Shown in pieces: positions 27,473 through 38,688 of a stretch of DNA of 64,000 bases. The notes beneath the pieces were generated by a model that worked only from the letters and a program-made list of their open reading frames with translations, made no database searches and was not told where the DNA came from. A program made the position numbers and the translations under genes. The DNA is from Marivita sp. GTDB lineage: Bacteria; Pseudomonadota; Alphaproteobacteria; Rhodobacterales; Rhodobacteraceae. The stretch covers positions 461 to 64,460 of the forward strand of contig NZ_JALEGT010000093.1 of NCBI RefSeq assembly GCF_022763305.1, read 5' to 3'. The stretch's first letter is position 1; each line of letters opens with the position of its first letter.

Positions 27473-29404
27473 TCAGTCCCTCGCCGCAAACATCGGCCCG
27501 CCTTTCCAGCGCGGGAAGCTGTAGCCGTTGACCATGACCACGTCGATGTCATCGGCGGATCGGGCGATGCCTTCAGCTAGCACTGCCTCCGCTTCGCGTG
27601 TCATCGCGCCCAGAATACGGGGCATCACATCTGCATCGGCAAAGTCGCCACCCGCCGCCCCCAGCGCCTGACGCTCCTCGGCAATGATGGACAGCACCAC
27701 CTTAGACGGCTGAGCGCCCGCATCGGAATAATCGTACCATCCGGCTCCCGTCTTGCGCCCGAACCGCCCCATCTCGCACAGTCGGTCGGCAATCCTGATA
27801 TAGGCCCCAGTGATCTTGCCCTCGGCCAGCCGCCGCTTGCGCATGGCCCACGCGATGTCGAGGCCCGCCATGTCCTGCATCTCGAACACGCCGATCGGAA
27901 AGCCATAATCCCGCATGGCCGCATCCACCTGTGAAGGCGTGGCCCCGTCGATCAAGAGCCGATCCGCCTCGGCCCTGTAGGCCGACATGATGCGGTTGCC
28001 GATGAAGCCGTCGCAGACACCGGACAGGACTCCGATCTTGGCCAGCGATTTGGACAACTTCGCCGCCGTGGCAATCACATCCTCTGACACCGCGTCGGGC
28101 AGAACGATCTCCAAGAGCTTCATGATATGCGCCGGGGAAAAGAAATGCAGACCGATGGCACGCGACGGGTCGGAGAGGACCGCTGCGATGGCGTTCACGT
28201 CGAGATAGGAGGTGTTGGTCGCCAGAATCGCATCCGGTCTGGTGACTGCATCCAGTTGCACAAAGACCTGTTTCTTGACGTCCATGTCCTCGAAAACCGC
28301 TTCGATCACCAGATCCGCATTGGCCAGCGCGGCGTAATCGGTTGCGGTCTCGAACCGCGCGACGACGGCGTCCAGATCAGGCAGAAGGCCCCGCTTGGCG
28401 CTGCTGTCAAGTGTTCCGCGAACACGGTTGGCCCCAGCCTCAAGGCTGGTCTCGTCGCGTTCGATCAGCGTCACATGGAACCCGCGCATCAGGCAGGCCG
28501 ACGCAATGCCCGCCCCCATTGTGCCGCCCCCGATCACACCGATCCGGGTGACCGGGCGCGGGGTCTGTTTCGCTCTCGGGTCGGCCAGGGTGGCGCGTTC
28601 GGCAAAGAAGATGTGCCGCAAGGCACGGGCCTGATCGCTGGATTTCAAGGCGAGGAAGGTTGCGCGTTCTTCGGCCAATGCCGCGTCTGCGGGCAAGCGC
28701 AGGCCGCGCTCCACCGCGTCGATGGCCGCGCCAATCGACACCTGCCCACGTGCTTTGCGCCGCAGGTCCGACGCCGACTTGGCGAACGCCTCCGCGTTGG
28801 CCGCTCCAATAACCGTCTTTTCAAGTGTGCGACGAGGCGCGCCCAGTTTCGCGGCCAAGGCCACGGCCTTTTCCAACAGATCGCCTGTGGCAATCGCGTC
28901 GATGAGACCGGCTTCCAGCGCCGCCTCGGCCGAGATCGGCTTGCCCCCCGCGATCATCGTCAGCGCCAGTTCCGCCTCCACCAGACGCGGCAACCGGACC
29001 GTGCCCCCCGCACCCGGCACAAGACCAAGGGTCACTTCGGGCAACCCCATGCGCGCCGTGGCGTCCGCAATCCGCGCATGACACCCCATCGCCAGTTCCA
29101 ACCCGCCGCCCAAAGCGGTGCCGTGGATCGCCGCGACCCAGGGTTTTGAGGCTGCCTCGATGGCGGAGATGACGTCCGGCAGATGCGGCTCGACCGGCGG
29201 CAGGTCGAACTCGCGCACGTCGGCCCCGGCGACAAAGGTACGCCCGGCGCAGGCGAGAACAACCGCGTCAACGCTTGGGTCAGCCTCGGTCTCCGCCACG
29301 GCCTGCAATAACCCCGCTCGCACCGCCTGTGACGACGCATTGACCGGGGGATTGTCGATGGTGACGACCGCCACGCGGCCTTGTTTGGCTATCGAAACGG
29401 TCAT
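27473..29404 (-). CDS. bifunctional enoyl-CoA hydratase / 3-hydroxyacyl-CoA dehydrogenase (FadB/FadJ-like)
   Basis: N-terminal crotonase (VAVVTIDNPPVNA...GGGLELAM) and C-terminal HADH (IGVIGGGTMGAGIA). 643 aa. Confidence 0.9.
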   Translation of the reverse strand: MTVSIAKQGRVAVVTIDNPPVNASSQAVRAGLLQAVAETEADPSVDAVVLACAGRTFVAGADVREFDLPPVEPHLPDVISAIEAASKPWVAAIHGTALGGGLELAMGCHARIADATARMGLPEVTLGLVPGAGGTVRLPRLVEAELALTMIAGGKPISAEAALEAGLIDAIATGDLLEKAVALAAKLGAPRRTLEKTVIGAANAEAFAKSASDLRRKARGQVSIGAAIDAVERGLRLPADAALAEERATFLALKSSDQARALRHIFFAERATLADPRAKQTPRPVTRIGVIGGGTMGAGIASACLMRGFHVTLIERDETSLEAGANRVRGTLDSSAKRGLLPDLDAVVARFETATDYAALANADLVIEAVFEDMDVKKQVFVQLDAVTRPDAILATNTSYLDVNAIAAVLSDPSRAIGLHFFSPAHIMKLLEIVLPDAVSEDVIATAAKLSKSLAKIGVLSGVCDGFIGNRIMSAYRAEADRLLIDGATPSQVDAAMRDYGFPIGVFEMQDMAGLDIAWAMRKRRLAEGKITGAYIRIADRLCEMGRFGRKTGAGWYDYSDAGAQPSKVVLSIIAEERQALGAAGGDFADADVMPRILGAMTREAEAVLAEGIARSADDIDVVMVNGYSFPRWKGGPMFAARD

Positions 29405-29498
29405 CGCTCTTGGCCTCTTTGGTCTTGGAGAGTTGGCGCATTTGTCGGGGCGCGGGTGCGGAATGGCAAGTGTCTCCTGCCATCGGATCGCGGCATCG

Positions 29499-29538
29499 CA
29501 TTTATTTCAAGTTTAAAATTTCAAACTTGAAATAAATG
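29499..29538. promoter_or_regulatory. 40-bp AT-rich near-perfect palindrome in a divergent promoter (candidate operator)
   Basis: CATTTATTTCAAGTTTAAAATTTCAAACTTGAAATAAATG. 19 of 20 position pairs are complementary and the outer 16-bp arms are perfect. It lies 49 nt upstream of the 29587 start and 95 nt from the divergent 29404 start. Confidence 0.6.
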
Positions 29539-29586
29539 GGCGACTCGGGCAGCCTTCCCCTCAAGCTGCTACAGAAAGAGGTCGAG

Positions 29587-31881
29587 ATGCGGGTTGCATG
29601 TCTGGGGGGCGGTCCGGCGGGGCTTTACTTCGCGATCTCGATGAAGCTGCGCGATCCGTCGCACGAGATCACCGTGATCGAACGCAACAAGCCCGATGAT
29701 ACGTTTGGCTGGGGCGTCGTGCTGTCGGACGAAACGCTCGACAATCTCGCCGCCAATGACCCCAAAAGCGCCGAGGCGATCCGCGCCCACTTCGCGTACT
29801 GGGACGACATCGCCCTGCACTATCGCGGCGAACGGCTTGTGTCCTCCGGTCACGGGTTCTGCGGCATCGGGCGCAAGCAACTCTTGATCCTTCTGCAGGC
29901 GCGGGCGCGGGAACTGGGTGTCGACCTGCGGTTCGAGACCGAAATCGCCAGCGCTGACGATTACCGTAAGGACTACGACCTTGTGGTGGCGAGCGATGGT
30001 CTCAATTCCAAGACCCGCACGCTTTATGCCGACAGTTTCAAACCGGACATCGACCTGCGCCATTGCCAGTTTGTCTGGTTGGGTACTCATCAGCGGTTCG
30101 ACGACGCGTTTACCTTCATTTTCGAGGAAACCGACAAGGGCTGGGTCTGGGCGCATGCCTACCAGTTCGACGACAACACCGCGACCTTCATCGTGGAATG
30201 CACGCAAGAGACCTTTGACGCCTTCGGGTTCGCCGACATGACCCAGGACGAAAGCATCGCGACCTGCGAGGAGATCTTCAAGGACCACCTTGGCGGCCAC
30301 ACCCTGATGACCAATGCGCGACACATAAGGGGATCGGCCTGGATCCGCTTCCCCCGCGTGCTGTGCGAAACCTGGAGCCATGAGAACGTCGTCCTGCTGG
30401 GCGATGCCGCCGCGACCGCGCATTTCTCGATCGGGTCGGGCACCAAACTGGCGCTGGAATCCGCGATTGCATTGGCCGAGTACCTGCACACTGAGCCGGA
30501 TTTGGGCCGAGCCTTCCAGCGCTACGAAGACGAACGTCGCCTCGAAGTGCTGCGCCTGCAATCGGCGGCGCGCAATTCGATGGAGTGGTTCGAAACGGTC
30601 GAGCGGTATCTCGGCCTCGATCCGGTGCAGCTCAATTACTCGATGCTCACCCGCAGCCAGCGCATCAGTCACGAAAACCTTCGCGCGCGCGACAAGGCGT
30701 GGCTTGAAGGTGCGGAACGCTGGTTCATGACGCAAGCCGGTTTGCCCGAGACAGCACCTTTGCGGGCGCCGATGTTTACGCCTTTTCGGCTACGAGACAT
30801 GACGCTGAAGAACCGCATCGTGGTCTCGCCCATGGCGCAGTACATGGCAGAGGATGGCTGCCCGACGGACTGGCACCTTGTCCATTACGGCGAACGTGCC
30901 AAAGGGGGCGCGGGGCTGGTCTTCACCGAAATGACCTGCGTGTCGCCCGAGGGGCGGATCACCCCCGGCTGTCCGGGGCTTTACGCACCCGAACACGAGG
31001 CAGCCTGGGCGCGGCTGACCAAATTAGTACACGGCGTTACGGATGCGAAGATCTGCTGCCAGATCGGCCATTCCGGACGCAAAGGATCGACCCAACTGGG
31101 ATGGGAACGGATGGACGCCCCGCTGCCCACTGACAACTGGGACTTGGTCAGCGCCTCGGCCATGCCGTGGTCGGACGACAACGCCACCCCGCGCGAAATC
31201 AGACGGGCAGAGATGGATGAGATCACCGCGCAATTCGCGGCGGCGGCCGAAATGGCGGACCGGGCCGGGTTCGACATGATCGAACTGCACGCGGCACACG
31301 GGTACCTTCTGTCGTCTTTCATCTCGCCCGCCTCGAATATCCGTACAGATGAGTACGGCGGCAGTCTTGAGAACCGTCTACGTTACCCGCTTGAGGTGTT
31401 CGCCGCGATGCGCGCGGTCTGGCCGGAAGGCAAACCGATGTCGGTGCGTATTTCGGCGACCGACTGGCTGGACGAGGATGGCGTGACGCCGGACGAGGCT
31501 GTGCTGATCGCCAAGGCCTTTGCCGATGCCGGGGCCGATTTGATCGACGTTTCCGCAGGCCAAACCTCGACCAAGGCCAAGCCGGTCTATGGAAGGATGT
31601 TCCAGACCCCGTTCTCGGACCGCATCCGCAACGAGGCGGGGCTGTGCACCATGGCGGTGGGGAATATCTACGAAGCCGATCATGCCAATTCGATCCTGAT
31701 GGCCGGGCGCGCCGATCTGGTGGCGGTGGGGCGTCCGCATCTGGCCGATCCCTATTGGACCCTGCACGAAGCAACCAAGCTTGGCGACCGCGCGGCTCAG
31801 GACTGGCCTTTGCCCTATCTCGCCGGGCGCGATCAGGCGTGGCGGCTGGCCGAGCGCGAGGCCGAGGCGGTGCGGGCATGA
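29587..31881 (+). CDS. bifunctional aryl-CoA monooxygenase/reductase (salicylyl-CoA 5-hydroxylase / 2-aminobenzoyl-CoA monooxygenase-reductase family)
   Basis: Internal ATG ([16 protein letters not shown]). An N-terminal FAD aromatic hydroxylase is fused to a C-terminal OYE-like NADH:flavin oxidoreductase (VVSPMAQY...HSGRKGS...AHGYLLSSF). 764 aa. Confidence 0.88.
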   Translation: MRVACLGGGPAGLYFAISMKLRDPSHEITVIERNKPDDTFGWGVVLSDETLDNLAANDPKSAEAIRAHFAYWDDIALHYRGERLVSSGHGFCGIGRKQLLILLQARARELGVDLRFETEIASADDYRKDYDLVVASDGLNSKTRTLYADSFKPDIDLRHCQFVWLGTHQRFDDAFTFIFEETDKGWVWAHAYQFDDNTATFIVECTQETFDAFGFADMTQDESIATCEEIFKDHLGGHTLMTNARHIRGSAWIRFPRVLCETWSHENVVLLGDAAATAHFSIGSGTKLALESAIALAEYLHTEPDLGRAFQRYEDERRLEVLRLQSAARNSMEWFETVERYLGLDPVQLNYSMLTRSQRISHENLRARDKAWLEGAERWFMTQAGLPETAPLRAPMFTPFRLRDMTLKNRIVVSPMAQYMAEDGCPTDWHLVHYGERAKGGAGLVFTEMTCVSPEGRITPGCPGLYAPEHEAAWARLTKLVHGVTDAKICCQIGHSGRKGSTQLGWERMDAPLPTDNWDLVSASAMPWSDDNATPREIRRAEMDEITAQFAAAAEMADRAGFDMIELHAAHGYLLSSFISPASNIRTDEYGGSLENRLRYPLEVFAAMRAVWPEGKPMSVRISATDWLDEDGVTPDEAVLIAKAFADAGADLIDVSAGQTSTKAKPVYGRMFQTPFSDRIRNEAGLCTMAVGNIYEADHANSILMAGRADLVAVGRPHLADPYWTLHEATKLGDRAAQDWPLPYLAGRDQAWRLAEREAEAVRA

Positions 31882-32597
31882 GGCGGGTTCTGGTCACCGG
31901 TGGCGGAACGGGGATAGGTCGGGCGATTGCACATGCCTTTGCCGACCATGGCGATGCAGTGACCATCGCGAGCCGCCGGATGGAGCCATTGCAAAAGACC
32001 GCCGAGGGGCGCGATATCACCTGCCGTCAGGCAGACGTGACCTCTGAGGCGGACATCGCGGCCCTGTTCGACACACCGTTCGACGTGGTCATCGCAAATG
32101 CGGGCTGGGGGGCGTCCGGCAAGGTGGCGAAGCTGTCGCTGGACGACTGGAACGCCACGCTTGCCGTCAACCTCACCGGCACGTTCCTAACCTTCCGCGA
32201 GGCATTGCGGACGGGACCGGCGGATGCGCGCCTGATTGCCATCGCCTCAACCGCGTCCTTGCAGGGCAACGCCTCTGTCCCGGCCTACTCCGCGGCCAAG
32301 CACGGGGTGCTGGGGCTCGTGCGCTCTATCGCGCTGGACGTGGCGAAATCCGGCGGCACCTGCAACGCGATCTGTCCGGGCTTCACCGATACCGATCTGG
32401 CGGAAGGGGCCATCAGCGGGCTGATGCAGCGGTTCGATTTGGACCGGGAGGCCGCGACCGCAAAGGTCGCCGCAGGCAATCCGCAGGGACGGTTGATCAC
32501 CCCGTCCGAGATTGCGGGAACGGCGCTTTTCCTCGCCTCGCCTGCCGCTGCGGGGATCAACGGACATGCTTTGTCAGTTTCAGGGGGCGAGGTATGA
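31878..32597 (+). CDS. SDR family oxidoreductase
   Basis: ATGA overlap with the upstream gene. Motifs [14 protein letters not shown], and YSAAK catalytic Tyr-Lys. Confidence 0.9.
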   Translation: MRRVLVTGGGTGIGRAIAHAFADHGDAVTIASRRMEPLQKTAEGRDITCRQADVTSEADIAALFDTPFDVVIANAGWGASGKVAKLSLDDWNATLAVNLTGTFLTFREALRTGPADARLIAIASTASLQGNASVPAYSAAKHGVLGLVRSIALDVAKSGGTCNAICPGFTDTDLAEGAISGLMQRFDLDREAATAKVAAGNPQGRLITPSEIAGTALFLASPAAAGINGHALSVSGGEV

Positions 32598-33070
32598 AAC
32601 CCGAACATAACGTACAGGCCGAACCGATGTCTAAGGCGCGCCTGCGCCTGTGGTTGCAACTTCTGAAACTGTCCTCGGGCATCGAAGGCGAATTGCGCCG
32701 CCGGTTGCGCGACAGGCATGACACCACCCTGCCCCGGTTCGACGTGATGGCCGCCCTTGCACGCCACAAAGACGGGCTGAAGATGAGCGACCTGTCCCGC
32801 TACCTCAAAGTGTCGAATGGGAATGTGACAGGCATCGTCGACCGTCTGGTCGAAGAAGGGCTGGCGCTGCGTGTGGCCGTGCCCGGCGACCGCCGTGCCA
32901 ATCTGGCCCGGTTGACCCCCAAGGGCGAGGCTGCGTTTGCCGACCTCGCCGCACAGCACGAGGCGTGGATTGACGAGTTGCTCGCACCGCTTTCGGACAC
33001 CGACACCCAGACACTGATGGGCCTGCTCAAAAAGGCCATGACGCAGGAGGCCAGAAATGGATCTGAGTAA
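32594..33070 (+). CDS. MarR family transcriptional regulator (embedded in operon)
   Basis: ATGA overlap. Winged-helix [45 protein letters not shown]. Confidence 0.88.
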   Translation: MKPEHNVQAEPMSKARLRLWLQLLKLSSGIEGELRRRLRDRHDTTLPRFDVMAALARHKDGLKMSDLSRYLKVSNGNVTGIVDRLVEEGLALRVAVPGDRRANLARLTPKGEAAFADLAAQHEAWIDELLAPLSDTDTQTLMGLLKKAMTQEARNGSE

Positions 33071-33860
33071 GCCGCAGCATTTCCGCTGCGAAATCGCAGG
33101 CGGTATCGCACGCATCGCGCATGACCGGCCCGAGCGGAAAAATCCCTTTACCTTCGAGAGTTACGCCGAATTGCGCGACTGGTTCCGGGCGCTGGTCTAT
33201 TCCGATGACATTCATGCCGTGGTGATCCTGCCCAATGGTCGCAACTTTTCCTCGGGCGGCGATGTGCATGACATCATCGGGCCCCTGACGCGCATGAGCA
33301 TGAAAGACCTGCTGACCTTCACGCGGATGACCGGCGATCTGGTCAAGGCGATGATCGGCTGCGGCAAGCCGGTGATTGCGGCTGTCGATGGCGTATGCGC
33401 GGGCGCCGGGGCGATCATGGCGATGGCCTCGGACCTGCGGCTGGCCGCGCCCGAGGCCAAGACCGCGTTCCTGTTCAATCGTGTGGGGCTTGCGGGCTGC
33501 GACATGGGTGCCTGCGCCATCCTGCCCCGGATCATCGGACAGGGCCGCGCGGCGGACCTGCTTTATACCGGGCGCGCGATGAGCGCCGCCGAGGGTGAGG
33601 CCTGGGGGTTCTTCAACCGCGTGGTGGAGGCTGACGCATTGGAGGCCGAGGCGATCAAGCTGGCCGAACGCATCGTGGCAGGTCCGACCTTCGCCAATTC
33701 CATGACCAAGACGATGCTGGCGCAGGAATGGTCGATGAGCCTTGAGCAGGCCATCGAAGCCGAGGCTCAGGCGCAGGCGATCTGCATGCAGGGCAACGAC
33801 TTCCGCCGCGCCTACGAGGCGTTCGTCGCCAAGGAAAAACCGGTGTTCGAGGGCAATTGA
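33057..33860 (+). CDS. enoyl-CoA hydratase/isomerase family protein
   Basis: Crotonase signature [19 protein letters not shown]. 267 aa. Confidence 0.9.
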   Translation: MDLSKPQHFRCEIAGGIARIAHDRPERKNPFTFESYAELRDWFRALVYSDDIHAVVILPNGRNFSSGGDVHDIIGPLTRMSMKDLLTFTRMTGDLVKAMIGCGKPVIAAVDGVCAGAGAIMAMASDLRLAAPEAKTAFLFNRVGLAGCDMGACAILPRIIGQGRAADLLYTGRAMSAAEGEAWGFFNRVVEADALEAEAIKLAERIVAGPTFANSMTKTMLAQEWSMSLEQAIEAEAQAQAICMQGNDFRRAYEAFVAKEKPVFEGN

Positions 33861-35011
33861 TGGCAGATCAAAGCTACCTCCACTGGCCGTTTTTCGACCC
33901 TGCGCACCGGGATTGGGCGGCGCGTGTCGACGAGGTGGCGCAGGGGTTGGAGATTGACCACGGCGACACGGATGCGGCGTGCCGGGCGCTTGTCGCTCAA
34001 TTGGGTGCGGCGGGTCTTTTGCAACCTACCTCAAGCAACGACGGACGGTTCGACCTGCGCACGCTCTGCCTCGCGCGGGAAACTCTGGCGCGGCACGACG
34101 GGCTGGCCGATTTTGCCTTTGCCATGCAAGGGCTGGGCACCGGGGCGATTACGCTGTTTGGCACCGAGGCGCAGAAAGCCACTTGGCTGCCGAAAACCCG
34201 CGCGGGTGAGGCGATTGCCGCCTTTGCGCTGACCGAACCGGGGTCGGGATCGGATGTGGCCAACTCCACCATGACGGCCACGCGCGATGGCGACAGCTAC
34301 GTGCTGAATGGCGAAAAGACGTGGATTTCAAATGGCGGCATCGCGGATCTCTACACGCTCTTTGCCCGCACCGGAGAGGCTCCGGGGGCCAAGGGCCTGT
34401 CGGCGTTCATCATCACCCCCGGCCTGCCGGGGTTCGAGATTGCCGAACGGCTCGACACCATCGCGCCGCATCCGCTGGCCACGTTGCGCTTTACCGACTG
34501 CCGCATCCCGGCCAGCGCGTTGCTGGGTGAAACCGGTCAGGGGTTCAAGGTCGCCATGTCGGTGCTGGACGTCTTCCGCGCCACTGTAGCGGCCGCTGCA
34601 CTTGGCTTTGCCCGCCGCGCCATGGACGAAGCTTTGGCGCGGGTCACGACACGGCAGATCGCCGGATCGCCTCTGGCCGACTTGCAGATGGTCCAAGGCC
34701 ATATCGCGGAGATGGCCGTCGATGTCGATGCCAGCGCCCTGCTTGTCTACCGGGCCGCATGGACCCGTGACAGCGGTGCGCCACGCATCACCCGCGAGGC
34801 AGCGATGGCCAAGCTGTTTGCCACCGATCAGGCGCAACAGGTCATCGACACCGCAGTTCAGCTTTTCGGCGGTGACGGCGTGCGGTCGGGCACGGCTGTC
34901 GAAACGCTCTACCGCGAGATCCGCGCGCTGCGCATCTACGAAGGCGCGTCGGATGTTCAGAAAGTCATCATCGCCCGTCAGACCCTTGCCGCCTTCGAAG
35001 GAGGAACGTGA
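33857..35011 (+). CDS. acyl-CoA dehydrogenase
   Basis: [19 protein letters not shown] and the C-terminal IYEGASDVQ motif. Confidence 0.92.
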   Translation: MMADQSYLHWPFFDPAHRDWAARVDEVAQGLEIDHGDTDAACRALVAQLGAAGLLQPTSSNDGRFDLRTLCLARETLARHDGLADFAFAMQGLGTGAITLFGTEAQKATWLPKTRAGEAIAAFALTEPGSGSDVANSTMTATRDGDSYVLNGEKTWISNGGIADLYTLFARTGEAPGAKGLSAFIITPGLPGFEIAERLDTIAPHPLATLRFTDCRIPASALLGETGQGFKVAMSVLDVFRATVAAAALGFARRAMDEALARVTTRQIAGSPLADLQMVQGHIAEMAVDVDASALLVYRAAWTRDSGAPRITREAAMAKLFATDQAQQVIDTAVQLFGGDGVRSGTAVETLYREIRALRIYEGASDVQKVIIARQTLAAFEGGT

Positions 35012-36627
35012 TGCTCGGACCCTCTGCCCATGTCGACACATTCGCCCGCGACAACCTTCCGCCGCCTGACCTTTGGCCCGAGTTCAATCTGGCGGGGTTC
35101 GATTATCCCGAACGGCTGAACGCCGGGTGGGAATTGACCGACGGCATGGTCGAGAAGGGTTTTGGCGACCACACCGCGCTGATCGGCAACGGGCGGCTGC
35201 GCACCTACAAGGAGCTGAGCGACTGGACCAACCGGCTGGCGCATGTGCTGGTCGAGGATCTGGGCGTGAAACCGGGCAACCGCGTGCTGATCCGGTCCGC
35301 CAACAACCCGGCGATGGTGGCCTGTTGGCTGGCAGCGACCAAGGTGGGTGCGGTGGTGGTCAACACGATGCCGATGCTGCGCGCGGCCGAGTTGCGGACC
35401 TATGTGGAACTGGCCGAGATCACCCATGCGCTGTGCGACACACGGCTGATGGATGAGATGGTGGCCTGCGCCAAGGACAGCGCAACGTTGACATCGGTGG
35501 TCGGCTTCGATGGCACCTCCAACCACGACGCAGAACTGGACCGGTTGGCGCTGGAAAAGCCTGTGCGCTTCACTTGCGTGCCCACGGGGCGGGACGACGT
35601 GGCGCTGCTGGGGTTCACCTCGGGGTCAACCGGGGTGCCTAAGGCGACGATGCACTTCCACCGGGACCTGATGATCATCGCCGATGGCTATGCGCGCGAG
35701 GTCTTGGGCGTCACACCGGACGACGTATTCGTCGGCTCGCCCCCGCTGGCCTTCACCTTCGGGCTGGGCGGGCTGGCGATCTTTCCGCTGCGGTTCGGCG
35801 CGGCAGCCACGCTGCTCGAACAGGCGACGCCGCCGAACATGATCGAGATCATCGAGAAATACAAAGCCACGGTCTGTTTCACCGCCCCCACCGCGTACCG
35901 CGTGATGCTGCGCGCGATGGAGGACGGGGCCGACCTGTCGTCCCTGCGGGCTGCCGTTTCGGCGGGCGAAACCCTGCCCGGACCGGTCTATGACGAGTGG
36001 ATCGCCAAGACAGGCAAAGCCATGCTCGACGGGATCGGCGCGACGGAACTCCTGCACATCTTCATTTCCAACCGTTTCGACGATCACAAGCCCGCCTGCA
36101 CCGGCAAACCTGTGACAGGCTACGAGGCCAAGGTCATCAATGACGCGGGTGAGGTGGTGCCGGATGGTGAGGTCGGGCGGCTGGCGGTGCGTGGTCCGAC
36201 CGGGTGTCGCTATCTCAAGGGGGATCGTCAGAGCGCCTATGTGCAGGACGGCTGGAACATCACCGGCGACAGCTTCTGGCGGGACGAAGACGGCTATTTC
36301 CACTTCGCCGCGCGCAATGACGACATGATCGTGAGTTCCGGCTACAACATCGCCGGACCCGAGGTCGAAGCGGCCTTGCTGGCCCACCCTGCCGTGGCCG
36401 AATGTGCGGTGATCGGCGCACCGGACGAGGAACGCGGACATATCGTTCAGGCCCATGTGGTCTTGGCGGACGGCCACAGCGGGGATGGCGATATGGTCAA
36501 AGCCTTGCAGGACCATGTGAAGGCAACCATCGCGCCGTACAAGTACCCACGCTCAGTCGTGTTCACCGACAGCCTGCCCAAGACCGCAACCGGCAAGATC
36601 CAGCGTTTCAGATTGAAAGACCAATGA
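35008..36627 (+). CDS. AMP-forming aryl-CoA ligase (benzoate/2-aminobenzoate-CoA ligase-like)
   Basis: AMP-binding motif [14 protein letters not shown] and C-terminal [10 protein letters not shown]. Confidence 0.9.
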   Translation: MMLGPSAHVDTFARDNLPPPDLWPEFNLAGFDYPERLNAGWELTDGMVEKGFGDHTALIGNGRLRTYKELSDWTNRLAHVLVEDLGVKPGNRVLIRSANNPAMVACWLAATKVGAVVVNTMPMLRAAELRTYVELAEITHALCDTRLMDEMVACAKDSATLTSVVGFDGTSNHDAELDRLALEKPVRFTCVPTGRDDVALLGFTSGSTGVPKATMHFHRDLMIIADGYAREVLGVTPDDVFVGSPPLAFTFGLGGLAIFPLRFGAAATLLEQATPPNMIEIIEKYKATVCFTAPTAYRVMLRAMEDGADLSSLRAAVSAGETLPGPVYDEWIAKTGKAMLDGIGATELLHIFISNRFDDHKPACTGKPVTGYEAKVINDAGEVVPDGEVGRLAVRGPTGCRYLKGDRQSAYVQDGWNITGDSFWRDEDGYFHFAARNDDMIVSSGYNIAGPEVEAALLAHPAVAECAVIGAPDEERGHIVQAHVVLADGHSGDGDMVKALQDHVKATIAPYKYPRSVVFTDSLPKTATGKIQRFRLKDQ

Positions 36628-37043
36628 CAGAGCCCGTCTTTGCCAAGGACCAGAAGGTTCTCTTTCGCCATTGCGACCCGGCGGGGATCGTCTTTTTCCC
36701 GCGCTATTTCGAGATGATGAACGATCTCGTCGAAGCCTTCTTCGACGAAGCTCTCGACTACCCGTTCGAGCAAATCCTCAAGACCGAGGGCATCCCCACA
36801 GCCCAGATCGAAACGCGGTTCGTGCGGCCCAGCCATCACGGCGACCACCTCCGGCTGTCGCTTTGGGTGCTGCGGCTGGGCAATGCGTCCCTGACCTACC
36901 GCATGACAGCAACCTGTGGCGGCGAGGTCCGCTTCGAGACCCGCGCGACGCTGGTGCATGTCGACAACACAGGCCGGCCAAGCCCGTGGCCCGAGGTGCT
37001 CGTCCCCCTTCTCAAAAGCAAAGAGGTCCCAGATGACGCATAA
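36624..37043 (+). CDS. hotdog-fold acyl-CoA thioesterase (4-hydroxybenzoyl-CoA thioesterase family)
   Basis: ATGA overlap with the ligase. FRHCDPAGIVFFPRYFEMMND carries the catalytic Asp context of 4HBT-type thioesterases. Confidence 0.85.
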   Translation: MTEPVFAKDQKVLFRHCDPAGIVFFPRYFEMMNDLVEAFFDEALDYPFEQILKTEGIPTAQIETRFVRPSHHGDHLRLSLWVLRLGNASLTYRMTATCGGEVRFETRATLVHVDNTGRPSPWPEVLVPLLKSKEVPDDA

Positions 37044-37428
37044 GACCATCCAACCCGAGGGCTGGTTGCCCGCCAAGGGCTATGCCAACGGGATGCTGAC
37101 CAAGGACGGGGTGCTGCATATCGGCGGGCAGATCGGCTGGGATGCCGACAAGGTATTTGTGGCTTCGGATTTCATCGGCCAGATGCGGCAGGCCCTGTCC
37201 AACATCCGTGCGATTGTCGAGGCGGCGGGCGGTACGGTGGAGGATGTCACCCGCCTGACATGGTACGTGACGGACAAGGCCGAATATCTGGCGCATCAGG
37301 CTGAAGTCGGTGCCGCCTATCGCGAGGTGTTCGGAAAGCACTTCCCTGCGATGTCGATGGTGGTTGTCAGCGCGCTGATCGAAGACGAGGCCAAGGTCGA
37401 GATCGAGGCCACCGCGCATCTGGGCTGA
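37033..37428 (+). CDS. RidA family protein (second paralog in window)
   Basis: Internal ATG (MTHKTIQPEGW) overlapping the thioesterase end by 11 nt. GYANGMLT...LTWYVTD...EIEATA is the RidA pattern. Confidence 0.85.
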   Translation: MTHKTIQPEGWLPAKGYANGMLTKDGVLHIGGQIGWDADKVFVASDFIGQMRQALSNIRAIVEAAGGTVEDVTRLTWYVTDKAEYLAHQAEVGAAYREVFGKHFPAMSMVVVSALIEDEAKVEIEATAHLG

Positions 37429-37434
37429 CGGGTC

Positions 37435-38685
37435 TCAGCCTCGCGCGGGCAGCACCTTGCCGACACAGGACCCGAACCCGATGCGGTAGCCGTCGCCTTG
37501 CGCATGACCGCGCAGCGAAAGCGTATCGCCATCCTCGACAAAAGTCCGCGTTTCGCCCGTGTCCAGCGTGATCGGCTTTTTTCCGCCCCAGCTCAGCTCC
37601 AGCAATGCGCCGCGACTGTGCCTCTCCGGCCCCGAGATCGTGCCTGACCCAAGCAGATCGCCCACCCGCATCGGACAGCCGGAACTGGTGTGATGGGCCA
37701 GTTGCTGGGCGGCGGAATAGTACATTTCACGGTAGTTGGTGCGCGCGATCACGGTTTCTGTTCCCGCTTCCGGTGTCAGCCCGACCTCGAGCGCGATGTC
37801 GTAGAGCATCGGACCGGGTTCCAACAGATAGTCCAGCAGCGGTTTTTCCCGCGCAGGTGTGCTGGTGCGGAAGGGCGCCAAGGCCTCGGCGGTCACGATC
37901 CACGGGCTGATGGTCGTGGCGGTGGCCTTGGACTGAAAGGGTCCGAGCGGCTGGTATTCCCACGCCTGAATGTCCCGCGCCGACCAGTCGTTCAGGATCA
38001 CGTATCCGAAGATGTTGTCAAACGCCTCGGCCACGGTGATCGGGCCGTCTGACGCCTGCCCCACGATTGCGCCCATTTCAAGCTCGATGTCGAACCGGGC
38101 GGAGGGCGCAAAGCGCGGTATGGCGTCGTCCGGTCCCTTTATCTGACCATGGGGCCGCGTGACCGGCGTGCCGGAGACCACAACCGAGGACGCGCGGCCA
38201 TTGTAGCCGATGGGGATGTGCAGCCAGTTCGGCGGCAGCGCGTGTTCCGCCCCCCGGAACATGGTGCCGACATTGGTCGCGTGGTGAAGGCTCGAGTAGA
38301 AATCGGTGTATTCACTCACGCGGAACGGCATGTGCAGCACCGCCTCGGCCATCGGGACGGAATGCGTGATGATCTGGTCCTGCACCGTCTCATCGGCGTC
38401 TTCGGCCAGCATGGCGGTCAGTTCGGCGCGGTAGCGGGACCACGCCGCGCGCCCCAACTCCATGAAATCGTTCCAATACGGCGCGTCCAGCACGTCCGCA
38501 TCGGGATCGGCGCGCAGAAGCCCTGCTGCTTCCAACCCGGTCGCATCGACGATCCGGTCACCGATCGCCACACCGCAGCGTAGATCACCATCACCCACCG
38601 AGAATACGCCATAGGGCAGATTGTTCAGCGGGAATTCGCCCTCAGGCGCGTTGGCGCTTTCCAGCCAGGACCTGCGCAAACCCAT
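37435..38685 (-). CDS. fahA: fumarylacetoacetase
   Basis: FPLNNLPYGVF..., IGYNGRASSVVVSG and the C-terminal FAH fold sequence. 416 aa. Confidence 0.93.
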   Translation of the reverse strand: MGLRRSWLESANAPEGEFPLNNLPYGVFSVGDGDLRCGVAIGDRIVDATGLEAAGLLRADPDADVLDAPYWNDFMELGRAAWSRYRAELTAMLAEDADETVQDQIITHSVPMAEAVLHMPFRVSEYTDFYSSLHHATNVGTMFRGAEHALPPNWLHIPIGYNGRASSVVVSGTPVTRPHGQIKGPDDAIPRFAPSARFDIELEMGAIVGQASDGPITVAEAFDNIFGYVILNDWSARDIQAWEYQPLGPFQSKATATTISPWIVTAEALAPFRTSTPAREKPLLDYLLEPGPMLYDIALEVGLTPEAGTETVIARTNYREMYYSAAQQLAHHTSSGCPMRVGDLLGSGTISGPERHSRGALLELSWGGKKPITLDTGETRTFVEDGDTLSLRGHAQGDGYRIGFGSCVGKVLPARG

Positions 38686-38688
38686 CTG

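Noticed and set aside
37423-37440. Inverted repeat GGCTGA-N6-TCAGCC containing the stop codons of the convergent RidA and fahA genes. A similar CTGAC-CGC-GTCAG lies at about 27465-27477.
   Set aside because: The stems of 5-6 bp have no T-runs. They most simply arise as a by-product of two convergent TGA stops in similar contexts, and are too weak to call bidirectional terminators.
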